Assembly (NCBI GenBank): GCA_002633005.1
Contig: NMRA01000061.1
Span: 993,400-1,057,399 of the forward strand
Reading direction: 5' to 3'
DNA: 64,000 bases
Origin: Phoronis australis
Taxonomy: Eukaryota; Animalia; Phoronida
Part shown: positions 29,244 through 40,889 of the stretch, one piece after another
Numbering within the stretch: position 1 is the stretch's first letter
How the letters are laid out: each line of letters opens with the position of its first letter
Notes under the pieces: generated by a model
What the model saw: only the letters and a program-made list of their open reading frames with translations
What the model was told of the DNA's origin: nothing
The model's database searches: none
Translations under genes and position numbers: made by a program

Positions 29244-29445
29244 GGATATAGGTACCATGGCACCCGTATTACTCCAAAATAATTTTCCGCCACCTGGCGA
29301 CGCTTTAACATTAAACGATATTCAAACCACGGCATGCTGATCGGATATAGGTACAATGGCACCCGTATTACTCCAAAATAATTTTCTGCCACCTGGCGAG
29401 GCTTTAACATTAAACGATATTCAAACCACGGCATGCTGATCGGAC
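29244..29445. repeat. 99-bp tandem duplication (2 copies)
   Basis: GGATATAGGTAC(C/A)ATGGCACCCGTATTACTCC... starts at 29244 and again at 29343. Confidence 0.9.
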
Positions 29446-31169
29446 AAGGGTGGCAACACGATGTTGATCACAGTGCCTGCTATGTCATATTTTTCACTGA
29501 CCAATGGATGTTTAGGATACCTATTTATTTGTGTCTTTCCTGTCTATTCTACACTCAAATCCAATTAAAATTTAGGATATTTCTATGTAGCAATAATTCA
29601 TACTCACTGACAAAAAATATCCACTCGGGAAAACGTCCCTTTCCGTTTAGCGTTGGTGCTTCAGCCGACCAGTAATTAAGTTTTCTGACGTGACACGTAC
29701 TGAAAGAGCCCCGGTCTCGGCTAAGGATGGCAGCGGGTTGGCCCTCTACAATTATAGATGGTGACTCACCGATCTTTTACGCAAAAGTACAGCAACATGG
29801 CAAGGGTTCATGTTCGATTCTCAGTTACCTCTATTTCCGACGACTGTTGTTGTGATCCGCAAAATGAGGTCACACTCACCGTAGTTTAGTTGGCGAAAAC
29901 TAAAGACATGACTTTGCGATGTTGCTTACTGTACATTTTTCTTTTGGAAATTTATTATATGCGATTAGGAGAGCAAAAATAACTTGGTTGCACGAATTGT
30001 GCAACTTCAACTTGGCGGCATCATCGCCATGGCGATGATTCATCTTCAGTGATTGATTTCGCCAAATTTCCAGCTTGTGAACAAGATAGCTTATAGGAGC
30101 CTCCAATGTATTGTTTCTAATGTTTACTACGACGTAAAATCCATTCACTTGTTATTTGTTTATGCAGCGTCAAACTCATCCTCAACTGAGAGGTCAAATG
30201 TTGAGTAGAAATGGGGAAAATCCATCTCTTTTTTCAGACTGGATATATAGAACTTGAAAAAGCTAAATCGTCACCTTTCGATTTCTTCTGTGAACCAAGG
30301 ACAAGGGATCGCTGAATACTGGAATTAGGTATCACGGTATTGCCAGTGCGTGTTCTTTAATTGTGAATTGTGATATGCTTATATATAACGTATAGTTCCT
30401 GCAGATTACACACATGCAGTCTATGTGATTGTATTTTTCTCGTGTTACATGTAGGCCTATGATCCCATTGTTATTCCGTTTTACTATTAAGTTAATTGTT
30501 AATGAATAGTCAAATACTGGACCCTGACCAAATCTCGATAACTAAATGAACTCGCAATATTGAGTGACCCTCATAAATATTGAAATGAGCATATTCAATT
30601 TAGTACGTATGCATTCAGGTCTTCTAATGCTGGTGAGTTGCAATTAACTTCAATCGTTATAATTAAATTCAATATGCAAGATTAAGGGCATTGGACGTTT
30701 CAGGATTTAGATTGATACGTCCGTAACTTTAATGTAGAAGTATTAATGCCAGGTGCGTTCCTAGTAGTCATTCACATAATACCAAGTCAAACTGCGGGTG
30801 AATTCTACGTTGTGCCCCAGTTCTCTCCCATGGTGACTACGTAGACATCTACTGTCCGCCGTCAGATTGGCGACGCTGCACGACGACGACGTACCATAAG
30901 CCTCCGACTTCTGCACCTTTCATCAATAACGTCGCATCATGCGACGTTAGTGATGAACGGTGCAGTCCAAGTTTTAACTGCAACCCGTTTCTCGGGTGTT
31001 GTCGCGGTCGCCCTTGTCCTCTCTAAGCTGCTAACGACGACGACCTCCAGGATGTACCCAACGCGTGCTCAGGTGTTATCGATCAGTCGGTGCAAGGACA
31101 AAAGCACTGTTTCTATTCCTCTCGAAGGTAACGATGACGATCTCCAGGATGTACCCAAAGTGTGCTCAG

Positions 31170-31550
31170 GACCCGGTCTCTAATCTTTGTACTCGAAACG
31201 AACTCAAAGTTATGTTTGGCAATTTTTCAGCTCCTTTTGTGCGAAATCAAGATAAGTGGTTATCAGAATGTGCTCGAATACATTATAGTTTATGCACATG
31301 AGTTTCTAACCCAAGTTTGGTTCAAACTCGAGTAAAAACTCGAAATTTCGAGTTCAAATTCGAACTTTTAGCCTTAATGTGGGGTTAATCAACTGCAAAC
31401 TAGGACTGGTATATTATACACATAAGTCATTATGTACTCGAGTATAGAATAGCACGTAGACACTTGTCTTGAGTTCGCAGAAAAGTAGAGTAGAAAATGT
31501 GAAACATAATTTCGAGTTCCATTTCAAGTAAAAAGATTAGCGACAGGGCC
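31170..31550. mobile_element. PIF/Harbinger-type foldback MITE with CAG TSD
   Basis: TIRs GACCCGGTCTCTAATCTTT / AAAGATTAGCGACAGGGCC, long imperfect internal inversion, CAG at 31167-31169 and 31551-31553. Confidence 0.8.
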
Positions 31551-31744
31551 CAGGTGTCCAGCTCGCTCACGTCGGCGCCGCCGCCAGTGTTTTTATCACT
31601 CTCCCTGGTGCTTACAAGATTGGAGTTAAAACCAGTGTATTGGCTACACCCCAAGAAGGTGAAAGTACTAATTTCCCCCACTTATTGAAGTGCGCTTGTG
31701 TAGCTTCTTGGCCGCTGTTTACAATTCTACGACTTGACGATCTG

Positions 31745-31894
31745 GGCCCAGTTGTATAAAAGTTATACGCCGTATAGCAACAATAACGTCGCATTATCAC
31801 GCGCCACGTTGTTATTGTTGAACAATCCACCTGACGTCATGCAACAATCAAACTTATCCAGCGAATAACTTTTGAAGCTTTATGCAACTCAGCC
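31745..31894. mobile_element. PIF/Harbinger-type MITE family A, copy 1 (CTG TSD)
   Basis: TIRs GGCCCAGTTGTATAAA / TTTATGCAACTCAGCC, flanked by CTG on both sides; homologous inverted copy at 39976-40127. Confidence 0.85.
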
Positions 31895-31976
31895 CTGCCT
31901 GCTAACATAAGAAAATGGTGCTCATGCAATGTTTACTGGATTTTTTATTGTCTTAAACTGAACATACTTCTGTTGG

Positions 31977-32030
31977 ATTAACACACCTGCTGAATTAACA
32001 CACCTGTTAAATTAACACGCCTGTTGAATT
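31977..32030. repeat. 17-bp tandem repeat x3 (ATTAACACACCTGYTRA)
   Basis: Direct copies visible. Confidence 0.8.
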
Positions 32031-32915
32031 ATTAAGTAGTTCAGACATCTTTTCTTTGATAAAGTTCACAGATGTAACGCGCTACGTCTGTACACGGTTT
32101 GTTCTCGAGCTTGAGGTTAAGTGGACTGAGGGCGAAACAGGGTGAATCTGAAATAATATCATATAGCGTGTTACAATACTGAAATGGATAGAAACTTGGA
32201 CTGGCAACTATTAATCGGCTACACCTGCAAATGACTTTTCTCGTTTTTGCCAGACAGTCAATTTTTAAATTGATAATAACTGAACTCTGTTTTACCATTC
32301 TATGATTTCAACCAACCCGTGTTCTGTCATCTGCTAATGCATCATTGGCGTCAATCTTCCAATTTAAAGGTAGGAATTAGCTAAAAACTTGTACTCCCCA
32401 CGTGACACAAATTGGACATTATGGTCCTTGGCGGGTGGTCTTTTCCCACAGTTGCTAAAAGCTTGCCCGTTGATCGGCAGACTTTGAGAGGAGTTTTCAA
32501 AATTTCCTCCAAACTTTTGAGGGTTGTCGAGGGTTACAGAACCTTATTTTGTTTCAGAAAATTGAATGGGACAGTTGTTTTTAGTATCTGTTTATAGGCC
32601 AAAACGGGATTTGGTATCTTTTTAAGAAAGCCAACGGCAATGTACATTCTGGAGAGCGTGGAGTTCATTGATGGCCACGGTTTGGCTCCTAGTCAACTGA
32701 ATATTGAGTGTGGTTTGAGGTTTCATGACGTTCTTTGTCAAGGCCCAGGGCAAGGCTCCTCTGAGGAAGTTGATACAATATTCTTCAAATTGAATTACCC
32801 CATGAGCAGAGGCCAGAAGCACGCAATAGATAACTTCCATTTCGTTATGGTACAAAGTTTCTGATAAACGGAAATGCGTGGATCTAATCGCGCTGCTAAG
32901 AAGCACATGCCTGAC

Positions 32916-35492
32916 TTAAATGAAAAGGATCTTACCAATAACGCGCCACACCTCAACGTCGGCCCATTTAACGTTGTACCCACAGCCGAGCGTACTGTTG
33001 TAGGTGTATGAAATCCTCCTACAGTAGCCGTCAGACGGGAAGTACTTGTTGGAGCTGTCATACGTGACGTTACCACCAAAGAAGTGCAGGTCGTTACCCC
33101 CGCCAAAGATTGGACCATACTCGGAGCTATCGTAAAGAGCTTTATGTTCATTTCTGTACTGGTTACTCTTTAAGGATTTACATTCTGGTCCACACAGTCG
33201 AAACACGAATGCGTTACTGTCGGGCCGATAACCACTGTCACGTCCCCAGGACACGGAGGCATAACCGCCAAAGGTGGTGTTACTTTCGAAATCTTTTCCG
33301 ATAGAGAGGGTGGCACCTTTGTCGTCACATTTTCCATGAAACGCCGAAGGCGACATGCCATCTCTAGTGGCCAGGTAAAGGAGCCTGAATTCCTTGCCTG
33401 GCAACCACTGTTTCAATAGAGCCAGTTGATCTGATGATAAGAGATCCGAGTCCATACCTGAAATAAAACCGAAATGAACGAGTTCTTAATATTAACCAAG
33501 GTTTTGAATTCTTCATTTTTCTCAGATCACGTTCAATATAATCTGACAAAATTGAAATTGTTCATAGATAAGTTAACTAATAACTTGAATTTTTAGAAAA
33601 TGTTTTGTGCGATAGTCAAGTGTTTCTCCCAACTCAACATGCCCCAAATTTTTGCTAGTCATTTTTTTCTGCTTGATCTAGGGACCCGAAACTTTGCAGA
33701 AAAATGCACTAATATTCTATTGCTAACAAAAGATGAAGTGCCCGTTGTGAAAAGTTTGTTCAATGCCGCTTATCCGCGATTTTTCAGCCGAGTGTGTCCT
33801 CAATTTCGTACTGGACAGATGCGTTTCGTAAATCCGCGCGCGTTCCTTATTCCAATATACAGATCCCACTTTTAAGAAATTCCAGTCTGTCTTTAGACGT
33901 TTCTCGCGTTCATGAACGCTTATTACTGTTTGCATGTGGGTAATTCATGTTTTATATGTTTACATTACTTCATGCGAATGCTGCATTTCCTTGGTGGGTA
34001 AACAGTGGGTTTCACACTATCTTTACTGAAGGTGCAATTTAAGTATACAGCTCCTGTCACGTTCCCAGTCGAACTGGTTAAATGCCAAGAATTGTGCGAT
34101 GACAGTTTCTTTCCACAACTCCCAAATGCCTCTTGCTAGTTTATGTTCCTTGGTATATGCTCATAAGTTGCACACCTAGTCGAGAACAAATAAGAAGCTG
34201 AATACTATCTAATTCTGGCCGAGTAGACTGTAGTCGGCTGTAGATTGTAAACTGTAGTCTGTAGACTGTAGTCTGTAAACTGTAGTCTATAGACTGTAGA
34301 CTGTAGTCTTTAGACTGTAGACTGTAGACTGTAGTCTGTAGACTGTAGACTGTAGACTGTAGACTGTAGACTGTAGTCTGTAGACTGTAGATTGTAGACT
34401 GTAGATAAATAAGTCTGTGAAGTCTGTGGTGGGTGCTGGTGGTTGGTAAAACCATTCTGGATGTTGCAGAGGAGGTGTTGGCGTGTACAATCAATAGCAG
34501 ATGAGCTCAATGTACGTAATGTCAGGGCATTGCAAACAGAGCCTTGATCGAGTTTATCATATAGGTAATGACTGGCTACTCGATATTGAAAGTAGAGAAA
34601 AGGTCCTCTCGAACACAATGTCAGGTGGTGGAATGAGTTAACTATCAAACCGTATTCACATGCTTCGCTTTGGTGGTCAGCCAGCTCTGAATGCAAGATC
34701 CCAATATGAGCGGGCTGGAAAAGGAAGTCCCATTCCCTGTTTCTAGGTTTCTTTGTCCCTTTTCTCGATTCCCGGTGTGAAATTCGTTTCAGACACAGTT
34801 CCAATATATCTCCGTTTCCGAAACACTACATTTTTCGCCCGCATTTCCCGAATCACGGCCAGAGAGTGGCCCGATCTCCATTCTCGAAAAAGCCTGCCCC
34901 CCTCCCCCCCTTCCGTAACACCGAGTCTCTACAGAATGGCAACGCCCAATCTTGTGCTATTTAGAATTTCGATTTCAGTTGTACTTCGGTAACATGATAA
35001 CATTGGATCCTCACGTCAACCTGCAGGACTGAAGAGGACAAAAATAATCAACACATCTACAATGAAAACGTCATTCATAAACGCATAGCGAACTCGAACG
35101 AAGTAGCAAAAAACAAATAAAAGGTAGTTTTTAGTACTTTGAAACTCGAGAGATACATCAAATGTTAATCATTTCATAGGATCTATTTTAAACAACTATA
35201 CCTTTGCCACTGAAATTTCCTCCTGCCCATACAAAGTTGTCCTTCGCCGAAGATTCTTGGCCAAGTAGAAATCTCAAAGCACGATTTCTCACGTCACTAG
35301 AATAATTGGAGACCAACTGAGAACTATGCTGTAGACATCTCGCGTTTGCAGTTTTCCAATCAGTTGATTCATTGCTGATTTTGAAACAGGAGTGTTCAAA
35401 GTAATGGAAATGTTTCGGACAATAGAGTGTATTCAATATTTTTTGAAGATTAGAGGAAAATTTTTCGTTTAAGACGGGCTTTTTGGTAGAAT
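32916..35492 (-). CDS. C-type lectin-like domain + TLDc domain protein (5' end unresolved); exons 35492-35202, probable 34575-34453, 33457-32916
   Basis: The last exon is a complete TLDc domain (LLYLATRDGMSPSAFHGKCDDKGATL, FGGYASVSW, AFVFRL, YGPIFGGGNDL, DVEVW). Upstream exons encode CPKHFHYFEHSCF...W..ANARC....SQLVS...VWAGG and CNAL...IDCTRQHLLC (six-Cys long-form CTLD). All exons are phase 1-1 and splice in frame. Confidence 0.75.
34222..34404. repeat. (GTAGACT)n heptamer satellite with GTAGTCT variants
   Basis: ~25 tandem units; explains the STVYSLQ repetitive ORFs. Confidence 0.95.
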
Positions 35493-35753
35493 CTGCAAAT
35501 GCTTGAAATGTTGGCGGACGCAGTATCACCGATGGAGCTCATAATTTGCATGTTGCATTTAACCATCACATAGGTTGTTATACTGCATTTTTTTTGCTGA
35601 AGGTTCGGTTTTCAAAAAGTCACAAAAAACTGTGTTTTTTCCCGTTTATTATGAGAAACTTGACACTAGAGTGTACCTCAAAAACAGGCAAATGTATTCC
35701 GCTTCATCTGCTGTTACATTGGATAATTAGCCTTAAAAAGCAATTGGCTATTA

Positions 35754-35998
35754 NNNNNNNNNNNNNNNNNNNNNNNNNNNNNNNNNNNNNNNNNNNNNNN
35801 NNNNNNNNNNNNNNNNNNNNNNNNNNNNNNNNNNNNNNNNNNNNNNNNNNNNNNNNNNNNNNNNNNNNNNNNNNNNNNNNNNNNNNNNNNNNNNNNNNNN
35901 NNNNNNNNNNNNNNNNNNNNNNNNNNNNNNNNNNNNNNNNNNNNNNNNNNNNNNNNNNNNNNNNNNNNNNNNNNNNNNNNNNNNNNNNNNNNNNNNNN
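35754..35998. other. Assembly gap (N run)
   Basis: 245 Ns. Confidence 1.
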
Positions 35999-36693
35999 GG
36001 GAGGGGGAGAGAAAGAAAGTTGATCTAAGCTCCTGTTGATACCGTTAATTTTACCGGGCAATTATCGCATTAGCGATGTCTTCTCGGAAACAAAATACTG
36101 AGAGTGGATGAACTAAACTGCAATGTCAAAAAAACAGAAACTGGTAATTTTTTAGCAAGTTTGGCTTCAGAAATTGAATTCCTCGTAAAAAGTTGGCGTA
36201 GAATCCTTTCAGCAAGGAACTTAGGGTAAAAATTGGCAAAAGTTGGATTTTTATTTGTTAACAACAGTTTTGAGTCAATGCGTGTTTGCTTTCATGTATT
36301 TCTTCAGTGTGGTGAATAATAGCCATTTGTGTCGTGGCTTCGGACAAAAATGAGCCTGGCGATTAAGAACAGTGATTGTTAACAAAGGTCTGGAAACCGA
36401 TATCGTCTAAAATACAGACTAAATGGAGTTAGTTGTAATGCCTGGACTGGCTGGATAATCAGTCTATCCAAGCAGGTATTCAATGAAATGACAAATTCAC
36501 ATCACGCTTCATTTTTGCTAAATTTTATCTAAAGACACGGTCATGTGACGCAATTAATAGCAAGGTGGTAAAAATCAAATTCTCAGTACATTAGGATTTC
36601 AACATTCAGAAAATATATGCATTTCCTTGCTAGTTAAAACCTATAGTTTCGAAAAGACATTTGGCTAAGTACGTAGTTCTGTCAAGCCTACAT

Positions 36694-36857
36694 AAGTGAC
36701 GGATTTAGAGGGGGAGGAAAGGGGGTCACGCCCCCCCCCCCCCTTAAGTTCTCCCAGATTCCATTTGGCAGTTCAGGGTTCCGAATGTTTTACGGAAAAA
36801 TCTTGGCTAATACTCTGCCTTGGCCTCCCCTAACTCAAAATCCTGGATTCGCCCCTG
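36694..36857. mobile_element. Small non-autonomous DNA transposon (CAGGGGCGGATCCAG-type ends)
   Basis: Ends AAGTGACGGATTTAG / CTGGATTCGCCCCTG; the same right end TAACTCAAAATCCTGGAT(A/T)CGCCCCTG recurs at 43864-43891. Confidence 0.6.
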
Positions 36858-38651
36858 TTGATGACGTAATTTGTCGTCACACTTGGCCCAAAACGTCGTA
36901 ATGACGCCATGCTAACCATTCCTATAAGCTCAGCATTTGGTCAATTCTTTAACAAGGCTGCTAGCGCATATTCAATATACTGACTGGCAAGCCGCTGGGA
37001 ACATAACGATCCCGAATATAAAACCAAAGCAGTACACATATGAGGTTATACTGAACGAATGTAAAAAATAGTTAAGGTCGTAGCCATAACAATAGATTTT
37101 CAGAAATGCATCTGTTAACTTACAGCCGACAGAGAGTGTGCCTTATAAAATTTTCGTATTACTGTTTTATTATCATCCTAACATTAAAATACCGGAAAAA
37201 ACATTACGGTATCATTTTCTCTATTTTAGACACCATCTTAAGGACTGCCAGGAGACGCGATTGGTCTCCCGAAAGATTATGAAGACATATATTAAGTTAG
37301 GCAATTATTTCTTCTTTTCATGTAGATCTACTCTGTTCTAGCTTCTAATGACACAAATAAACAAATGACTGCACTGAGGTATAATTTTCATAAAAAGTAC
37401 CGTCACGAAAGGTATAATCTGCTACCCTAACAAAGTCCCTGGTGCTGCAAGTGCAACCTATTTAAAGGGGAAAGAATTAGTGTGAACGTCACTTGTTCTG
37501 GAACAACTTGATACCCAAGAGAAATTGGCATCAACTTGTTCTACATCAGAAGGCAGAACAAATTGTTCCAGATAAAGTTGTTCTGGAGGTAGGCCCAAGA
37601 CACAACGTAATTAAAGTAACAAGGCCAACAAATTCGAGGGCAGTAACAGTACCACAGATAGGATTGATTGGGGACCTCGCAGCCTACAATGTACCAATTT
37701 TGAAACATCACAGCAAATCATTATATTGAATGAATATAATTCTCGTGTTTCAAATCAATACATGAACAATTTTTTATTTCCATGACTATTGTCACATTTA
37801 GTGATCAATAGTTGGATTATTGAATTATCGTAATCACAGACGTTGAAACCAGGTGGAAACACATAAAAAGGAAAGTCAAATACTATACACTACCAATTTT
37901 GAACATAAAATTACTCACACTTCATGCAAGAAAATTGCTTAAGAATGAACTATATAATTTTCAGTACAGCAGTAATCAAAATATCAGAAGCCTATTGGAT
38001 TGTGTTAGACACACATGCCAATATATATAAGGTTGCGCCTAGGTGTATATGCCTAGGTGGTAATTATTTCATAATCCAGTATTTTATATACCCAGAATTT
38101 CGCAAACCAAGCATTTCATAATGGTGGAATTTTACGATTCAGTATTAAATCAAAACAAAACGCTTTTGGTATAATTAGATATGTTTCAAGACAGAATCAC
38201 TGTTTATTTATTTTCTGTTGATTTCACCCCAGACAAAGACTGGTGCTTCAAATCCAGTATATTACGTTAACAAAGGTTAGAGCATAAATTAGATGCTCTT
38301 TTGTAATTTGACCTCAGACAATAAAGTGACGTAAGAATAAAGAACGTCACTGTGACACATATTTCATGGCTGCCTTTATGAAGACAAGTCGCTTCTAAAG
38401 TGTTATTGAAATATTAATTTTGCGAAAGATTTATATGGGTAAATTTCTTAAAAATCTTCGGGCGTGTTTATCATGTCTTTGTTGTCAACTTTTGTGCATG
38501 AAGAGTACAGCAGTGGACGACGACGACGAGATTCTTGAAAATGAGGCAAGTAAAAATTCATCAAATGAGAAAAAATAGGCCATGGACTTGATTCCCTCTT
38601 GCAATATTAGCGAAAAATGCATAAAATTTTATTTTCATAGTTTTTCTATCC

Positions 38652-38775
38652 CACAGACGCTTGGGTTTATCGCAAATAACGTCACAATATATATATATAT
38701 ATAAGAAAATATACTTTATATTTTCGTATATATATTATAGAGTGACGTCATTTGCGATAAACCCAAGCGCCTGTG
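38652..38775. repeat. Near-perfect palindrome with AT-microsatellite centre
   Basis: CACAGACGCTTGGGTTTATCGCAAATAACGTCAC ... GTGACGTCATTTGCGATAAACCCAAGCGCCTGTG (32/34 complementary). Confidence 0.9.
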
Positions 38776-39975
38776 CTCTATCCGAGGAGAGCTGTGGAAG
38801 AGCTTATGTTGAAATAGGAAAATTTGTGTGGTTCTGTTTAATTTATAATAACTATATGTTTCCGATCCGGCGGCTGGCCGGGATCATCAGAAAACGGTTG
38901 AGAGTCAGCGACGAGATAAAGAACAGAAATATTATAAACTATTCAAAGATAATTTTAGGTTGTGTTTGATATTAATCTAAAGTATGCTTGAATGGTGGCT
39001 ATTACTAGAAGACGGGGCAGAGAAGCAAACCTTCCGGCTGTCTACTCGAGCAATCTCGGCATTTCTTAAAATATTCAACTTATCTCGCACGGGAATCCAT
39101 GACTCCATTTCGTCCCAATGCTTTTTCTCGTGAGGTTTTTCCTCCGATGTGCTTCAACTCTTCGTTAATTTTTCTCGAATACTCAGGAGATTGATCCTTA
39201 GTTTTTAGCGCGCCGGCTTTGATCAGTAATACACGACAAAGTTCTCGACGATCTTTACGGCGCCCAAAAACGAAACATCGAGCTGATGAAGTAGCTACCC
39301 CACTTTCAGTTAACTTTGACTGGAAACCTTTGTAAGGAATTGGTGATTTATAACAAAATCATAACGGATTTTACTGTTAATTTCATGAAGTCAATGCTCC
39401 CCAGAATTTACCCCCAAAATATAATTTCCGGCAGTAAAACCGATTGTTCCCTTTTAATGTATTGATGAAAATGTTAACAAGCCAGTCCTATTTTTTCTTA
39501 ATAACTGCTATTTGAAGAACAGCAAAATATTCATGCTAAAATATTATTATGTACAAACCAGTATCTGCCTATCGGACGAATTTGGTTTTCGTAATTTTTT
39601 TCTCTGTCCTATTTCAAAATATTAAAAAGTCACAGTTATTTTCTGTCGGACCATTTCACCATTTGACCATAACAAATTAGACTGCATAACATTAAACTAC
39701 CTTTGAACCCACCTGTAGCAAGAGAATGATGACCGGTCAATTTTCTTGAAGCGTTATCCAAACATTACCCATTTTTTTCAAAACAGTTATAAAGTTCTTT
39801 AGAGAGTGAATCAGATTCCTGTCCCAGATACAAAACGTGACTGAACTTGCTATGGTTGCAGTCCAACGCTTCGCTGGCGAAGCTGAATCAAACACCGCCA
39901 TTGATTTCAGAGAATGGTTGGACGACAGCGGAGAGAACTGGCGCCTTGTTGTACGTTCACAAAAACACACTCCTG

Positions 39976-40127
39976 GGCTGGGTTGCATAAAACTTCAAAT
40001 CTATCCGCAGGATAAGAATGATTGTTGCATGACGTCAGATGCATTGTTCAGGAATAACAACATGACGCGTGACGATAATGTGACGTAATTGTTGCTATAT
40101 GGCGTATAACTTTTATGCAACTGGGCC
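39976..40127. mobile_element. PIF/Harbinger-type MITE family A, copy 2 (CTG TSD)
   Basis: TIRs GGCTGGGTTGCATAAAA / TTTTATGCAACTGGGCC with CTG on both sides; reverse-complement homolog of 31745-31894. Confidence 0.85.
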
Positions 40128-40889
40128 CTGGTCAAAGTGCTTTAAGTCTATTCCACCATAAAACGCCGTTTCCACTCGTAACACTAATTATGTCCCTCTC
40201 TTCCAAAAATTACGTTTTTCGTCATACAAACGTTGTCAAATCGAGTTAATTTTTGTAAGGGCTAGAATTCAACATGAACAACTGAACAACAGCCGGGAAT
40301 GCCGTTAATTTTTAAGGTGTAAAAAGGTGCACTATCGTGCTGGCTACCAACTAGCGGCACTGAGGGAACCAGCGAGGGAAATACCTAGATTAAGCATCAT
40401 GTCACAAAATTCAGTGACTATCAAAGTGTGACCAAAGGTTTCTCCGTTGCCAAAACAACAATATAGTTAAGAATCCTATGTAAACAATCTAGGCACAAGG
40501 AGCTGTACTTTGGCAACTGAACCCTATAATCGCATAACACGGAGAAAAAATGACACGATTCCAGCATTGGGTCAAGGCTGAATCAAAGCGTAACATTATT
40601 AACTTTATGACGAGGTAATGAGACAAATGCATTCACGACTATGATACCAGGAAATCAATAAATCTCCCTTTATCCGTGTACGCGAGAAATGTTTCATAAT
40701 AAACAAAGAACACTGGTTTGCATCATTCAAAAAATCCCGACCGCTCATCCAGCAAAATGGCACTTAGTCAAAGCCATTGCTGACTTTGGGAGAAAACCCT
40801 CATACATATATCAAGAGCAACACGGAGCGTTGAAATGCGCCCACGAATGCATCGCAAATGGTGTGCTTTTAGTGTTATTTATTTGTATC

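Noticed and set aside
34141-34494. STVYSLQ-repeat ORFs as a mucin-like protein
   Set aside because: Simply translations of the (GTAGACT)n satellite in several frames
35546-36061. Long ORFs in the track spanning Ns (also 43331-43970)
   Set aside because: Artefacts of translating through assembly gaps
38845-38895. Minus-strand CUGAUGA...GGAAAC as another hammerhead
   Set aside because: The stem II candidate overlaps the core and no stem I pairing flanks a cleavage triplet
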